The notes under the pieces were generated by a model that saw only the letters and a list, made by a program, of their open reading frames with translations, was not told the DNA's origin and made no database searches. A stretch of DNA of 64,000 bases from Vicinamibacteria bacterium (lineage in GTDB: Bacteria > Acidobacteriota > Vicinamibacteria > Vicinamibacterales > JAENWD01). Below are positions 10,561 through 19,340 of the stretch, piece by piece; the first letter of the stretch is position 1, and every line of letters begins with the position of its first letter. Made by a program: the position numbers and the translations under genes. The stretch spans positions 13,308-77,307 of the forward strand of contig CAVXNR010000016.1 in NCBI GenBank assembly GCA_963763095.1, written 5' to 3'.

Positions 10561-11519
10561 CCCGCCTCGCCAGAGTTGCTGCCGCAGCACTCGCGCTGTG
10601 CATTGTTCCGGCGCTTGCCCACGCACAGGACCGCTGGGCGGTGCTCGTGTTCGGCGCGCCAGGCGGTGAGACGTACGCCGCCACATACGGCAAGTGGGAA
10701 GACGCACTCGTGCAGAGCCTGCAGGGCCGGTTGGCGTTCGCACCGGAGCGGATCACGGTGCTGTCGGGGCGCTCTGGCGGCCCATCACTGCGCAGCACCA
10801 AGGAGAACGTGCGCCGCGTGTTCGCCGGCTTGCGGTCTGGCAGCCCGGACGATGTCGTGCTGGTGGTGCTGATAGGCCATGGCACCCTCGATGCCGGCAC
10901 CGCGAAGTTCAACCTGGTGGGCCCGGATCTCGATGCCGCTCAGTGGGCAGGTCTGATCGCGCCCCTGCCGGGCCGGGTCGTGTTCGTGAATGCCACCGGA
11001 GCGAGCTTCCCCTTCCTGGAGCAGGTGTCAGGACGCAATCGCATCGTGGTCACCGCGACGGATTCGACCGCGCAGCGCTTCGACACAGTGTTTCCGGACC
11101 TGTTCGTGAAGGCGATGGAGGACCCGGCGACCGACCAGGACCGCAACGGCCGGCTCTCGTTGTACGAGGTCTTTGCGGCGACGAGTGCCGCGGTGCGGCA
11201 GTACTACGAGCAGCGCGGACAGTTGGCCACCGAGCGCGCGCTGCTCGATGACAACGGCGATCGCATCGGCCGCGAGGTCGGGGCGCCAGGGCAGGATGGG
11301 GCGCTGGCTCGTACCACCTACCTCGATAGGGATCCGGTGACGGCAGCGACCGATCCCGAGGTCGCGGCATTGCTCAGCCGTCAGCGTGCGCTCGAAGAAC
11401 AGGCCGAGGCGCTGAAGCAGCGCAAGCCCTCGATGCCCGCCGCCGTCTGGGACGCGCAATTCGAGAAGCTGATGATCGAGCTGGCGCGCGTCTCACGCGC
11501 GATACGATCGCGGTCCTGA
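10557..11519 (+). CDS. Secreted caspase/legumain (C13)-like protein, possibly non-catalytic
   Basis: GTG at 10557 overlaps the previous stop (GTGA) and is in frame with track ORF 10527..11519. Signal peptide AAALALCIVPALAHAQ, a VVLVVLIGHG block (His-Gly dyad), and VVFVNATGASFPF where C13 enzymes carry Ala-Cys. Fold assignment is from memory. Confidence 0.45.
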   Translation: MTRLARVAAAALALCIVPALAHAQDRWAVLVFGAPGGETYAATYGKWEDALVQSLQGRLAFAPERITVLSGRSGGPSLRSTKENVRRVFAGLRSGSPDDVVLVVLIGHGTLDAGTAKFNLVGPDLDAAQWAGLIAPLPGRVVFVNATGASFPFLEQVSGRNRIVVTATDSTAQRFDTVFPDLFVKAMEDPATDQDRNGRLSLYEVFAATSAAVRQYYEQRGQLATERALLDDNGDRIGREVGAPGQDGALARTTYLDRDPVTAATDPEVAALLSRQRALEEQAEALKQRKPSMPAAVWDAQFEKLMIELARVSRAIRSRS

Positions 11520-12188
11520 GTCGTCCCACCATTCGACGCGCGCGCGCTCCGGCCGCCGGAATGCGTACACCAGCACCACGCCTGCCAGGAACCCCGCGAC
11601 GTGGGCCCAGAACGCGATGCCGCCGGCGGGCGCTCCTTGCGCCGCCATCAGCATGGTGCCGACCCCGTTGAACAGCTGCAGCAGGAACCATAGCCCCAGG
11701 AAGAGCACCGCGGGCAGCTCCACGACCGGCCAGAAGATGAAGAGCGGCAGCAGCGTGAGAATGCGCGAGTGGGGGTACAGCACGAAGTATGCGCCCATCA
11801 CCCCGGCCACGGCGCCCGACGCCCCGATTGTGGGGATGAGCGACCCCGGCTCGCTGATGACGTGTGCGAGCGCGGCCACGGTTCCGCAGAGCAGGTAGAA
11901 GGTGACGAACCGCCCGTGGCCCAGGCGGTCTTCGATGTTGTCGCCAAAAATCCAGAGAAACAGCATGTTCCCGAGGAAGTGCATCCACCCGCCGTGAAGG
12001 AACATCGACGTGAAGACCGCCTCGAAGCTGAACATCGCGGGCACCAGCCCGTAAACGCGCAGGAAGACCGCGAGCTGACCGTCGCTGAGCGTCAGCTCGA
12101 AGAGAAATGCGAACGCGTTCAGGCCGATGAGCGTGATGACGAGCGCGGGAAAGGTCCGGGACGGGATGACGTCCCGAAGCGGAATCAT
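11493..12188 (-). CDS. Rhomboid-family intramembrane serine protease
   Basis: 231 aa and multi-TM. Carries the rhomboid signatures FLHGGWMHFLGNMLFLWIFG and GASGAVAGVMGAY (catalytic Ser), with the His in a later TM segment. Confidence 0.9.
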   Translation of the reverse strand: MIPLRDVIPSRTFPALVITLIGLNAFAFLFELTLSDGQLAVFLRVYGLVPAMFSFEAVFTSMFLHGGWMHFLGNMLFLWIFGDNIEDRLGHGRFVTFYLLCGTVAALAHVISEPGSLIPTIGASGAVAGVMGAYFVLYPHSRILTLLPLFIFWPVVELPAVLFLGLWFLLQLFNGVGTMLMAAQGAPAGGIAFWAHVAGFLAGVVLVYAFRRPERARVEWWDDSGPRSYRA

Positions 12189-12304
12189 GATGGTCTCAGT
12201 ATAGGGGAGGGGCGAGGCGCGACGTGCGGCTGGCGAACGGGTCAGGCGTCCCTGTGGTGGGCCACTGCGGCGGCGGCGCGGCTGGCGAATAGAATGAAGG
12301 ACGG

Positions 12305-12577
12305 ATGATTTGTACCAACTGCGGCACCGAAATCGCCGACAAGGCGCTCATCTGCTATCGCTGCGGCCAGGCGACGACGGAGCCACGCGTCAAGCCGCCC
12401 GCCCGCGCGCCGGGGCGGCGATCGAGCCTTGCGTCGGCGATTGCGCTCGTGGTGCTCGCCGTTGCCGGAGTGCTGATGGGCCAGGCCCAGGAGGACGTTC
12501 CGCGCTACGTGGGATACGTGCTCGCGGCGCTGGCGGCCATCGCGCTGGCGCTGCGCTATCTCTCGACACGAAGATGA
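12305..12577 (+). CDS. Zinc-ribbon small membrane protein
   Basis: 90 aa with CTNCG...CYRCG (CxxC-x13-CxxC), followed by two hydrophobic helices. Confidence 0.55.
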   Translation: MICTNCGTEIADKALICYRCGQATTEPRVKPPARAPGRRSSLASAIALVVLAVAGVLMGQAQEDVPRYVGYVLAALAAIALALRYLSTRR

Positions 12578-12588
12578 TGGCGCGCGGC

Positions 12589-12622
12589 GGGTGCAGGGTG
12601 CCGGACGCGGCGTCCTGCACCC
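12589..12622. terminator. GC-rich hairpin between convergent genes (possible bidirectional terminator)
   Basis: GGGTGCAGG (12589-12597) pairs with CCTGCACCC (12614-12622). It lies between the zinc-ribbon gene (+) and the CBS gene (-). No U-tract is visible. Confidence 0.35.
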
Positions 12623-12632
12623 GTCGCGCTGC

Positions 12633-13061
12633 CTAGAACTCCCGCTCCTTCACGCCCTGCGAGATCTCGCCGATCGCATCGCCCACGCGACGTTCCTTCC
12701 CTTCCTTCACGGCGATGTCTCCGATGGAGGCAACGCCCACGAGGCGCTCGCCCTCGCAGACGAGCAGCCGCCGGACCTGGTGCTCGCCCATCAGCTCGGC
12801 GGCGTCACTCGTGCTCATGTCCGGTTCGGCCGTGACCAGGTCGTCGGTCGCCAGCTCGCGCACTGGCCGGTCGAAGGATGTACCGTCCGCGACCGCACGC
12901 ACGACGATGTCACGGTCGGTGATGAGGCCCACGGGGCGGCCGTTTTCGACGAGCGGCACCACGCCCGTGTCTTCGTCTCGCATCAGCCGCGCTGCGTCCC
13001 GCACCGTGGCATTCGGGTCCAGCGTACGGGGGTTTGGGGTCATCACGTCGCGCAATTTCAT
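12633..13061 (-). CDS. CBS-domain pair protein
   Basis: 142 aa with MKLRDVMTPNP... and two CBS repeats (GLITDRDIVVR, VGVASIGDIAV). Confidence 0.85.
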   Translation of the reverse strand: MKLRDVMTPNPRTLDPNATVRDAARLMRDEDTGVVPLVENGRPVGLITDRDIVVRAVADGTSFDRPVRELATDDLVTAEPDMSTSDAAELMGEHQVRRLLVCEGERLVGVASIGDIAVKEGKERRVGDAIGEISQGVKEREF

Positions 13062-13242
13062 GAGAAATCCTCCTGGTGTGGGCGGTTGATGGGCAACTTG
13101 CCAAGTGAAGCAAGTTGCGTTCCCCGGCCCGGTGGGGAGGAGAGGTCACAGCGGTGGCAGATTGCTCGACGCTCATCGGATCAGATATGATTCCGGCCTT
13201 GTTAGGCGGCCGTTCCGGCCCGTACTCCATAGAAGATTCCTG

Positions 13243-14859
13243 ATGCCTCTTGGGCGCCTCGAAGTCACTGACGCCCTCGGGCGGCGCGTTGTGCCGCTCG
13301 AGAAGCCCACGTTTTCCATCGGCCGCCGCAGCGGCAATGATCTGCAGCTCGTGGGCAGCGACGTGTCGCGCGACCACGCCGACATCACACGCGACAACGA
13401 ACAGTACATGCTCCGCGACCGTGGCTCGCGGTATGGCACGTTCGTCAACGGCGAGCAGATCACGGAGAAATCGCTGACGCACGGCGATCTGGTGCGGCTT
13501 GGCCGCAGCGGCGGTGCTGAGATGGTGTTCCTGCTCGACGAGCAGCCGCTGTCGAGCTCCTCGTTCGAGAAGCACCCGAGTTCCGCCGTCGGCGACCTTC
13601 GCCAGATTGCTGCCCTGCTGGAGGGCCTGCGCGCGCTCGGGTCGGGCCGTGTGCTCGACGAGGTGCTGGCTCTCGTCATGGATTCCGCCATCGAAGTCAC
13701 CGGCGCCGAACGCGGGTTCATCATGCTGGCGAACGCCGAAGCGGAACTCGAGTTCAAGATTGCCCGCGCCCGCGGCCGCGTCACGCTGCCGGGCAAGAGC
13801 TTCGAGACCAGCCGCAAGATCCCGGAGGAGGTTTTCTCGACCGGTCAGGAGCGTGTCGTCGCGGATCTGCTCGACAGCAATCTGGTGTCCGAGCACAACA
13901 GCACCGTCGTGCTCGGGATCCGCCACGTGCTCTGCACGCCCCTGCGGCTCGTGCGCTATCTCGATCGGGCCGACATGCCGAACGAGGAGAAGCGCATCGG
14001 CGTGTTGTACCTCGACAGCCGCGAGAAGGGCGCCGTTCTCTCCCGTGCGGCGCGCGCGGCGCTGGAGACGCTCGCCACCGAAGCGGCCGTGGCCATCGAG
14101 AACGCGCGTCTGTACCGGGAAACGCTCGACAAGGCCAAGATGGAGCAGGAGATGCGCATCGCGGCCGACATCCAGCGCGCGCTGCTCCCGGAAGCGAAGC
14201 GGATGGGCGGCTTCTTCGAGGCGATGGGCGCCTCGGTGCCGTGCCGCTCGATCGGCGGCGATTTCTTCGACTACGTCGATCTGCCAGATGGCGAGTTTGG
14301 TTTTGCGGTTGGCGACGTGGCAGGCAAGGGTGCGCCCGCGGCGCTGCTTACCGCGGTGCTGCAGGGTGTGTTCGCCTCGCAGGCGTCGAGCGGCACCGGT
14401 CCGGCCATGACGCTCTCGCGCGTGAACCAGGCGCTGATCCGCCGCTCGGTGGAATCCCGCTTTGCGACCGCGTTCTACGCCGTGCTCACCCCTGACGGGA
14501 AGCTGACCTACTGCAACGCCGGTCACAACCCGCCGCTCTTGATCCGCAAGGACGGGGTCGAGCGGCTCGAAACCGGGGGGCTGATCCTGGGCCTGTTCGA
14601 GCACGCGACGTTCGAGGAAGAGACCGTGCGCGTGTCGCCGGGCGACATCCTCGTGACCTTCAGCGACGGCGTGACCGAGGCCCTGAGCCTTCTCGGGGAA
14701 GAGTACGGCGAGGAACGCCTGCTCGAGTGCACGACGCAGTTCCGCGACAAGAGCGTGCCCGACCTGCTCGAGGGCATCCTCGCCAGCGTGCGCCAGTTCA
14801 CCGCGGGTGCCGTGCAGAGCGACGACGTGACCGCGCTCGTGCTGCGGTATGTCGGCTGA
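13243..14859 (+). CDS. FHA-GAF-PP2C (SpoIIE-type) serine/threonine phosphatase
   Basis: ATG at 13243 within track ORF 13105..14859. The FHA domain reads FSIGRRSGNDLQL...SRDHA...GSRYGTFVNG. A GAF-like middle follows. The PP2C/SpoIIE C-terminus has GGDFFDY, GDVAGKG and TFSDGVTE. Confidence 0.85.
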   Translation: MPLGRLEVTDALGRRVVPLEKPTFSIGRRSGNDLQLVGSDVSRDHADITRDNEQYMLRDRGSRYGTFVNGEQITEKSLTHGDLVRLGRSGGAEMVFLLDEQPLSSSSFEKHPSSAVGDLRQIAALLEGLRALGSGRVLDEVLALVMDSAIEVTGAERGFIMLANAEAELEFKIARARGRVTLPGKSFETSRKIPEEVFSTGQERVVADLLDSNLVSEHNSTVVLGIRHVLCTPLRLVRYLDRADMPNEEKRIGVLYLDSREKGAVLSRAARAALETLATEAAVAIENARLYRETLDKAKMEQEMRIAADIQRALLPEAKRMGGFFEAMGASVPCRSIGGDFFDYVDLPDGEFGFAVGDVAGKGAPAALLTAVLQGVFASQASSGTGPAMTLSRVNQALIRRSVESRFATAFYAVLTPDGKLTYCNAGHNPPLLIRKDGVERLETGGLILGLFEHATFEEETVRVSPGDILVTFSDGVTEALSLLGEEYGEERLLECTTQFRDKSVPDLLEGILASVRQFTAGAVQSDDVTALVLRYVG

Positions 14860-15145
14860 TCGGGGGCGCCCGCGGCTTGCGGCCGCTCTCTGGCTCGTCC
14901 TCGCGTTCCTCGTCTGGCACGATCGGTTCGATCACGGTATCCGCACCGCGGCGCGCCACTATCTGGCGGACCAGCATGCGTACGTACTGGGATGCGCCCC
15001 ATTCATTCCCATCAATGCCGCTATGCGGCCCGCGGCATCCGCAGCGGCACTCGACGCCACGAGATGGAGCGCGCTCATCGCCGTGTCCGGCCTCGGTGCG
15101 GTCACCTGGGCTGTGCGGCGGCCTATCATTTTCGTTAACCGTTGA
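14849..15145 (+). CDS. Hypothetical small membrane protein (weak call)
   Basis: 98-aa ORF whose start overlaps the previous stop (ATGTCGGCTGA). It has two hydrophobic stretches, no recognisable family, and its stop lies inside the heptamer array. Confidence 0.3.
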   Translation: MSADRGRPRLAAALWLVLAFLVWHDRFDHGIRTAARHYLADQHAYVLGCAPFIPINAAMRPAASAAALDATRWSALIAVSGLGAVTWAVRRPIIFVNR

Positions 15146-15181
15146 CCGTTGACCGTTGACGGTAAATTGTTGAACGTTGAC
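15133..15181. repeat. Tandem heptanucleotide array, 7 x CGTTGAC-like
   Basis: Units: cgttaac cgttgac cgttgac cgttgac ggtaaat tgttgaa cgttgac. The array ends 2 nt before the ATG at 15184. Confidence 0.85.
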
Positions 15182-15183
15182 CC

Positions 15184-16413
15184 ATGACGCACCCCCTCGT
15201 GTACGACTGGAATCTCGTCGCGCCCGCCGACGCGCCGGCAGCGGCCATCCAGCTCGACGACGAGACGCTGCGCGACGGCCTGCAGTCCCCCTCGGTGCGG
15301 GCGCCGGCGATTGACGAGAAGCTCCGCATCCTGCACCTCATCGACGATCTGGGCATCGAGTGTGCGGATATCGGTCTGCCGGGCGCCGGACCGCATGTCG
15401 TCGAGGATGTCGAGCGGCTCGTACGGGAGATCGTGAGCGCGAAGCTGCGCGTTCGTCCCAACTGCGCGGCGCGGACGGTCGTGGCCGATATCCGGCCGAT
15501 CGCGGAGATCGCCCAACGGACCGGCACGCAGCTGGAGGTGGCGGCGTTCATCGGCTCGAGTCCCCTGCGGCAGTATGCCGAGGGGTGGACGCTCGATTTT
15601 CTGCAGCGAAGCACCGCGGAGGCGCTCTCGTTCGCTGTCAGGGAAGGCCTCACGGTCTTCTTCGTGACGGAAGACACCCTCCGCGCCGATCCCGCGTCGT
15701 TGCGGCTGCTCTATACAACGGCTGTACGCGCCGGCGCCTCGCGTATCTGCGTGGCGGACACGGTCGGCCACGCAACACCCCACGGCGCGCACGCGGCAGT
15801 GCAGTTCGCCGTCCGCCTGCTCGACGAGCTCGAGGCAGACGAGGTGGGCGTGGACTGGCACGGGCACGATGACCGGGGGCTGGCGGTGGCCAACAGCATC
15901 GCCGCGTGCCAGGGGGGCGCCACCCGTCTCCACGGCACCGGACTCGGCGTCGGGGAGCGCACCGGCAACGCGCCGATGGACCTGCTGCTGGTGAATCTCG
16001 CGTTGCTCGGGTATCGGCCGGCCGACCTCACGAAGCTGCCGGCGTATTGCCAGGCCGTGTCGGATGCGACGGGCGTACCAATCCCTGCGAAGTACCCGGT
16101 CGTGGGACGCGACGCCTTCCGGACGGCCACGGGTGTGCACGCGGCAGCCATCGCGAAGGCGGGACGCAAGGGCGATCGCCCCGCGGTCGATGCCGTGTAC
16201 TCCGGCGTGCCCGCCGCGCTGGTGGGGCGGGAGCAGGAGATCGAGGTGGGACCGCTGTCGGGCAAATGGAACGTGATTTTCTGGCTCGAGAAGCGCGGGC
16301 TGACCGCCTCCGAGGAACTGGTGGACCGCATCCTGGCGCGGGGCAAGCGGTCGCGGATGACCCTTACGGAGCAGGAGATACGGGAGGAGATCGCGGCCAC
16401 GCGTCCGGCCTAG
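15184..16413 (+). CDS. HMGL-like / 2-isopropylmalate-synthase-like (LeuA-family) enzyme, catalytic barrel only
   Basis: 409 aa. LDDETLRDGLQSP is the DRE-TIM metallolyase signature, and HGHDDRGLAVANS is the metal-binding HxH. No C-terminal LeuA regulatory domain is visible. Confidence 0.8.
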   Translation: MTHPLVYDWNLVAPADAPAAAIQLDDETLRDGLQSPSVRAPAIDEKLRILHLIDDLGIECADIGLPGAGPHVVEDVERLVREIVSAKLRVRPNCAARTVVADIRPIAEIAQRTGTQLEVAAFIGSSPLRQYAEGWTLDFLQRSTAEALSFAVREGLTVFFVTEDTLRADPASLRLLYTTAVRAGASRICVADTVGHATPHGAHAAVQFAVRLLDELEADEVGVDWHGHDDRGLAVANSIAACQGGATRLHGTGLGVGERTGNAPMDLLLVNLALLGYRPADLTKLPAYCQAVSDATGVPIPAKYPVVGRDAFRTATGVHAAAIAKAGRKGDRPAVDAVYSGVPAALVGREQEIEVGPLSGKWNVIFWLEKRGLTASEELVDRILARGKRSRMTLTEQEIREEIAATRPA

Positions 16414-16424
16414 CCGGTAGATCG

Positions 16425-16542
16425 GCTCCAGGCTCCAGGCTCCAGGCTCCGGGCTCCAGACTCCAGGCTCCGGGCTTCAGGCCCTACCAGGTAGCCTTCG
16501 ACAAGCCCTGTAGGCTGGAGCCCGGAGCCCGGAGCCCGGAGC
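16425..16542. repeat. Heptanucleotide arrays forming a long hairpin: 8 x GCTCCRG, 34-nt spacer, 4 x CYGGAGC
   Basis: 16425-16480 holds eight 7-nt units. 16515-16542 holds four units that are their reverse complement. The structure fills the convergent intergenic gap and abuts the stop codon at 16543-16545. Confidence 0.9.
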
Positions 16543-17625
16543 CTACCGTTTTCCCAGCGCCGCCTCGATCTGTGGCAGTGCGGCGAGCAGCACGTCGCCC
16601 ACGGTCTGCAGGCTGCGCGCGCTGACGTTGTCGAGGGTGTCATTGGGCGTGTGCCAGGCGGGGTAATCGAGGTCGATGATGTCGACCGCTGGCACTCCGG
16701 CCGCGAGGAACGGCGCGTGGTCGTCTTCGATCGCGAGGGGCTCGTCGAGGAACACGTCGCCGTGTCCGAGGCGACTGGCGGCGGCCCAAACGATATCCGT
16801 GAGCCACCGCGTGGAGTTGGACTCGCGCCGGATATTCAGGTTGCGGTCGCCCACCATGTCGACCAGCAGCATCGCCCGGATGGTGTCCAGCGTGCCCGAC
16901 GCACGGGCGGTCTCCACGTACCCCCGGCTGCCGTAGGTGTGATCGGTGCCAGTCCATTCGAGCACGGCTTCCTCGCCGTCGAAGAACACCAGCTCGATCG
17001 TGAACGGGTTCCTGCGATCCTTCAGCACCCGTGCGAGCTCCAGGAGCACCGCGGCGCTCGATCCTCCGTCGTTTGCGCCAACGAACCGGAAGCGGCGGAA
17101 CAGCTTGGTGTCGTAGTGTCCCCCGATCAGCAGCCGTTCGGGTCTGGCGCCCGGAATCACGACCGAGAGGTTGACCATCTTGAGCGGCCCCAGCGGGGTT
17201 TGCGCGTCGAATGCCCGCTCCGTGGCGGAGAGCCCGATGGCCGCGATCTGATCGCGGATGTAGCGCCGCGCTGCTTCGATGCCCGGGGATCCGGCGGGAC
17301 GGGGGCCGATCGCCACGAGCTGCCGCACGTGCTCGAAGGCGCGTCCGGAGTCGAACGGCAGAACCGCACTCCCGTTGTGCGCTGCTGACGCCTGCGGCTT
17401 CTGCCCCGGAGCGGGCAGAGCGCCGCGGGCGCAGAGACCCACGCCGGCCGCGGCAGCCATCGCGAAACCGAGCGCCAGCGCCAGCCCGATGCGGTATGGG
17501 ACGAACCCTCGCCGCTCGGTGCGATGCGGCCGTTCGTCTGCCGTGACGCGCCGGTCTGTGCGGGATTGTTCGCTTCTGGTGGGATGGCGACGCCGGGTGT
17601 CAGCGGCGCGCCGCGGGCTTCGCAA
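16543..17625 (-). CDS. M28-family metallopeptidase (aminopeptidase / glutaminyl-cyclase-like)
   Basis: Contains IGGHYDT, GANDGGSSAAVLLELAR and FFDGEE, the M28 zinc ligands. It has a signal-anchor segment IGLALALGFAMAAAAGV. The start is uncertain: the TTG at 17625 gives an Arg-rich leader, and an internal start is possible. Confidence 0.8.
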   Translation of the reverse strand: MRSPRRAADTRRRHPTRSEQSRTDRRVTADERPHRTERRGFVPYRIGLALALGFAMAAAAGVGLCARGALPAPGQKPQASAAHNGSAVLPFDSGRAFEHVRQLVAIGPRPAGSPGIEAARRYIRDQIAAIGLSATERAFDAQTPLGPLKMVNLSVVIPGARPERLLIGGHYDTKLFRRFRFVGANDGGSSAAVLLELARVLKDRRNPFTIELVFFDGEEAVLEWTGTDHTYGSRGYVETARASGTLDTIRAMLLVDMVGDRNLNIRRESNSTRWLTDIVWAAASRLGHGDVFLDEPLAIEDDHAPFLAAGVPAVDIIDLDYPAWHTPNDTLDNVSARSLQTVGDVLLAALPQIEAALGKR

Positions 17626-17628
17626 CCG

Positions 17629-18915
17629 TCAGCCCCGTTTCTCGAGGGACTGGTACGTTCGTTCGTCGGATCCCGTGTAGACCTGCCGCGGCCGGACGAT
17701 CTTCGTGTCGGGGTCGAGCAGCATCTCTTCCCACTGCGCCAGCCACCCGGCGGTGCGCGGGATGGCGAAGAGCACCGGGAACATATCGGTGGGGAACCCC
17801 ATGGCCTGGTAGATCAGGCCGGAGTAGAAGTCCACGTTCGGATAGAGCTTGCGGGAGACGAAGTAATCGTCGCGCAGCGCGATGCGCTCGAGCTCCATCG
17901 CGATGTTGAGCAGCGGGTTGCGGCCGGTCACCTCGAAGACCTCGTCGGCCGTCCGCTTGATGATCGTCGCGCGCGGGTCGTACGACTTGTAGACGCGGTG
18001 GCCAAAGCCCATCAGCCGTCCGTCACCCGCCTTGACCCGCGCAATGAACTCGGGTACGTGCTCGATTGCGCCGATCTCGTTCAGCATGCGCAGCACCGCT
18101 TCGTTCGCCCCGCCGTGCAGCGGGCCGTAGAGGGCTGCGGTGGCGCCGGCGGCCGAGGAGAACGGGTCGGTGTGCGAGCTGCCGACCGAGCGCATGGCGA
18201 ACGTGCTGCAGTTCTGCTCATGGTCGGCGTGCAGGATGAACAGCACGTCGAGCGCCCGCTCGAGCACCGGGTGCGGCACGTACGGCGTGCCGGGGTCCGA
18301 GAACAGCATCGCCAGGAAGTTGCCGCTGAAGGAGAGGTGCTCGGACGGGCGGACGATCGGCCGGCCGCGGCGATGGCGGAACGCGTAAGCGGCGAGCGCC
18401 GGTGCCTGTGCGATCAGACGGTGCATCTGGGTGCGGCGCGTGGGCTCGTCGAAGATTGCTTTCGATTCCGGATAGTACGTCGACAGCGCCGCGAAGCTGG
18501 CGATGAGCGTGCCCATCGGGTGCGGATCGGGTGCGAACCCGTCCAGCAGACGCTCGAAGCCGTCCGGGGGCACCCGGTGCGAGTGGATGACCTCCGTCCA
18601 CGCCGAGAGCTGCGCCCCGCGCGGCAGCTCGCCGTGGAGCAGCAGGTAGGCGGTTTCCAGGTACGAGCTCTGCTCGGCCAGTTGCTCGATCGGGTAGCCC
18701 CGGTAGCGGAGGATGCCCCGATCGCCGTCGATGTACGTGATCTGGCTCTTCACCGCAGCCGTGTTGACGAGCGCCGGGTCGTACGTCATCAGCCCGAAGT
18801 CATCGTCGATCGTCTTGATTTTTCGCAGGTCAGCGGCCCGGATGGTGCCCTCCGTGATGGGCAACTGATAGGTGCGGCCTGTGCGGTTGTCGGTGATCGT
18901 GAGCGTGTCAGGCAT
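17629..18915 (-). CDS. gltA: Citrate synthase
   Basis: 428 aa with the citrate synthase signatures GPLHGGANE and MGFGHRVYKSYDPRA. Confidence 0.95.
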   Translation of the reverse strand: MPDTLTITDNRTGRTYQLPITEGTIRAADLRKIKTIDDDFGLMTYDPALVNTAAVKSQITYIDGDRGILRYRGYPIEQLAEQSSYLETAYLLLHGELPRGAQLSAWTEVIHSHRVPPDGFERLLDGFAPDPHPMGTLIASFAALSTYYPESKAIFDEPTRRTQMHRLIAQAPALAAYAFRHRRGRPIVRPSEHLSFSGNFLAMLFSDPGTPYVPHPVLERALDVLFILHADHEQNCSTFAMRSVGSSHTDPFSSAAGATAALYGPLHGGANEAVLRMLNEIGAIEHVPEFIARVKAGDGRLMGFGHRVYKSYDPRATIIKRTADEVFEVTGRNPLLNIAMELERIALRDDYFVSRKLYPNVDFYSGLIYQAMGFPTDMFPVLFAIPRTAGWLAQWEEMLLDPDTKIVRPRQVYTGSDERTYQSLEKRG

Positions 18916-18952
18916 GCGCGGGTTGAGGCGGAAACGGAACTGGACCGACGGG

Positions 18953-19138
18953 TCAGGATTGCGGCGTGTCGTCGGACTCCGGGGAGTCGGGGCTCACAGG
19001 TTCTGCCGGGACTCGGTAGTCACCGTCAATCCACCGCGCCAGATCCAGCAGCCGGCACCGCTCGCTGCAGAACGGCCTGAATGCCGGATCGACCGGCCTG
19101 TGGCGACACATCGCACAGATCGGCGGCTCCGAAGACAC
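18953..19138 (-). CDS. yacG: DNA gyrase inhibitor YacG (zinc finger)
   Basis: 61 aa with CAMC...[15 protein letters not shown], the YacG-type Cys4 motif. Confidence 0.8.
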   Translation of the reverse strand: MSSEPPICAMCRHRPVDPAFRPFCSERCRLLDLARWIDGDYRVPAEPVSPDSPESDDTPQS

Positions 19139-19213
19139 CCCCGTATTCTAACGTGCCCGCACGGGAGTGCGACAAGCGGCGGTCGGGAACGCTCGCGAGA
19201 CCGAGCTGAGAAT

Positions 19214-19299
19214 GAGATCGGGAGGTGTCTCTGAGATCGGGAGGTGTTTCTCGCGATCGTGAGAAACACCTCCCGATCTCAGAAACACCTCCCGATCTC
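19214..19299. repeat. 86-bp double palindrome: 2 x GAGATCGGGAGGTGT(C/T)TCT, centre, then 2 x reverse complement
   Basis: gagatcgggaggtgtctct gagatcgggaggtgtttctc gcgatcgt gagaaacacctcccgatctc agaaacacctcccgatctc. It lies between phoU and yacG, both on the minus strand. Confidence 0.9.
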
Positions 19300-19340
19300 G
19301 AATCGCTGGTGCCGGCAGGGCTGCAGAGGCCCCGGCGGGA

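Noticed and set aside
16413-16545. Small peptide ORFs through the GCTCCAG array (for example the tail of track ORF 15906..16625)
   Set aside because: The apparent Gly/Ser/Arg/Leu/Gln/Ala repeats simply reflect the heptamer DNA repeat. There is no start or RBS context, and the region lies between two convergent stop codons.
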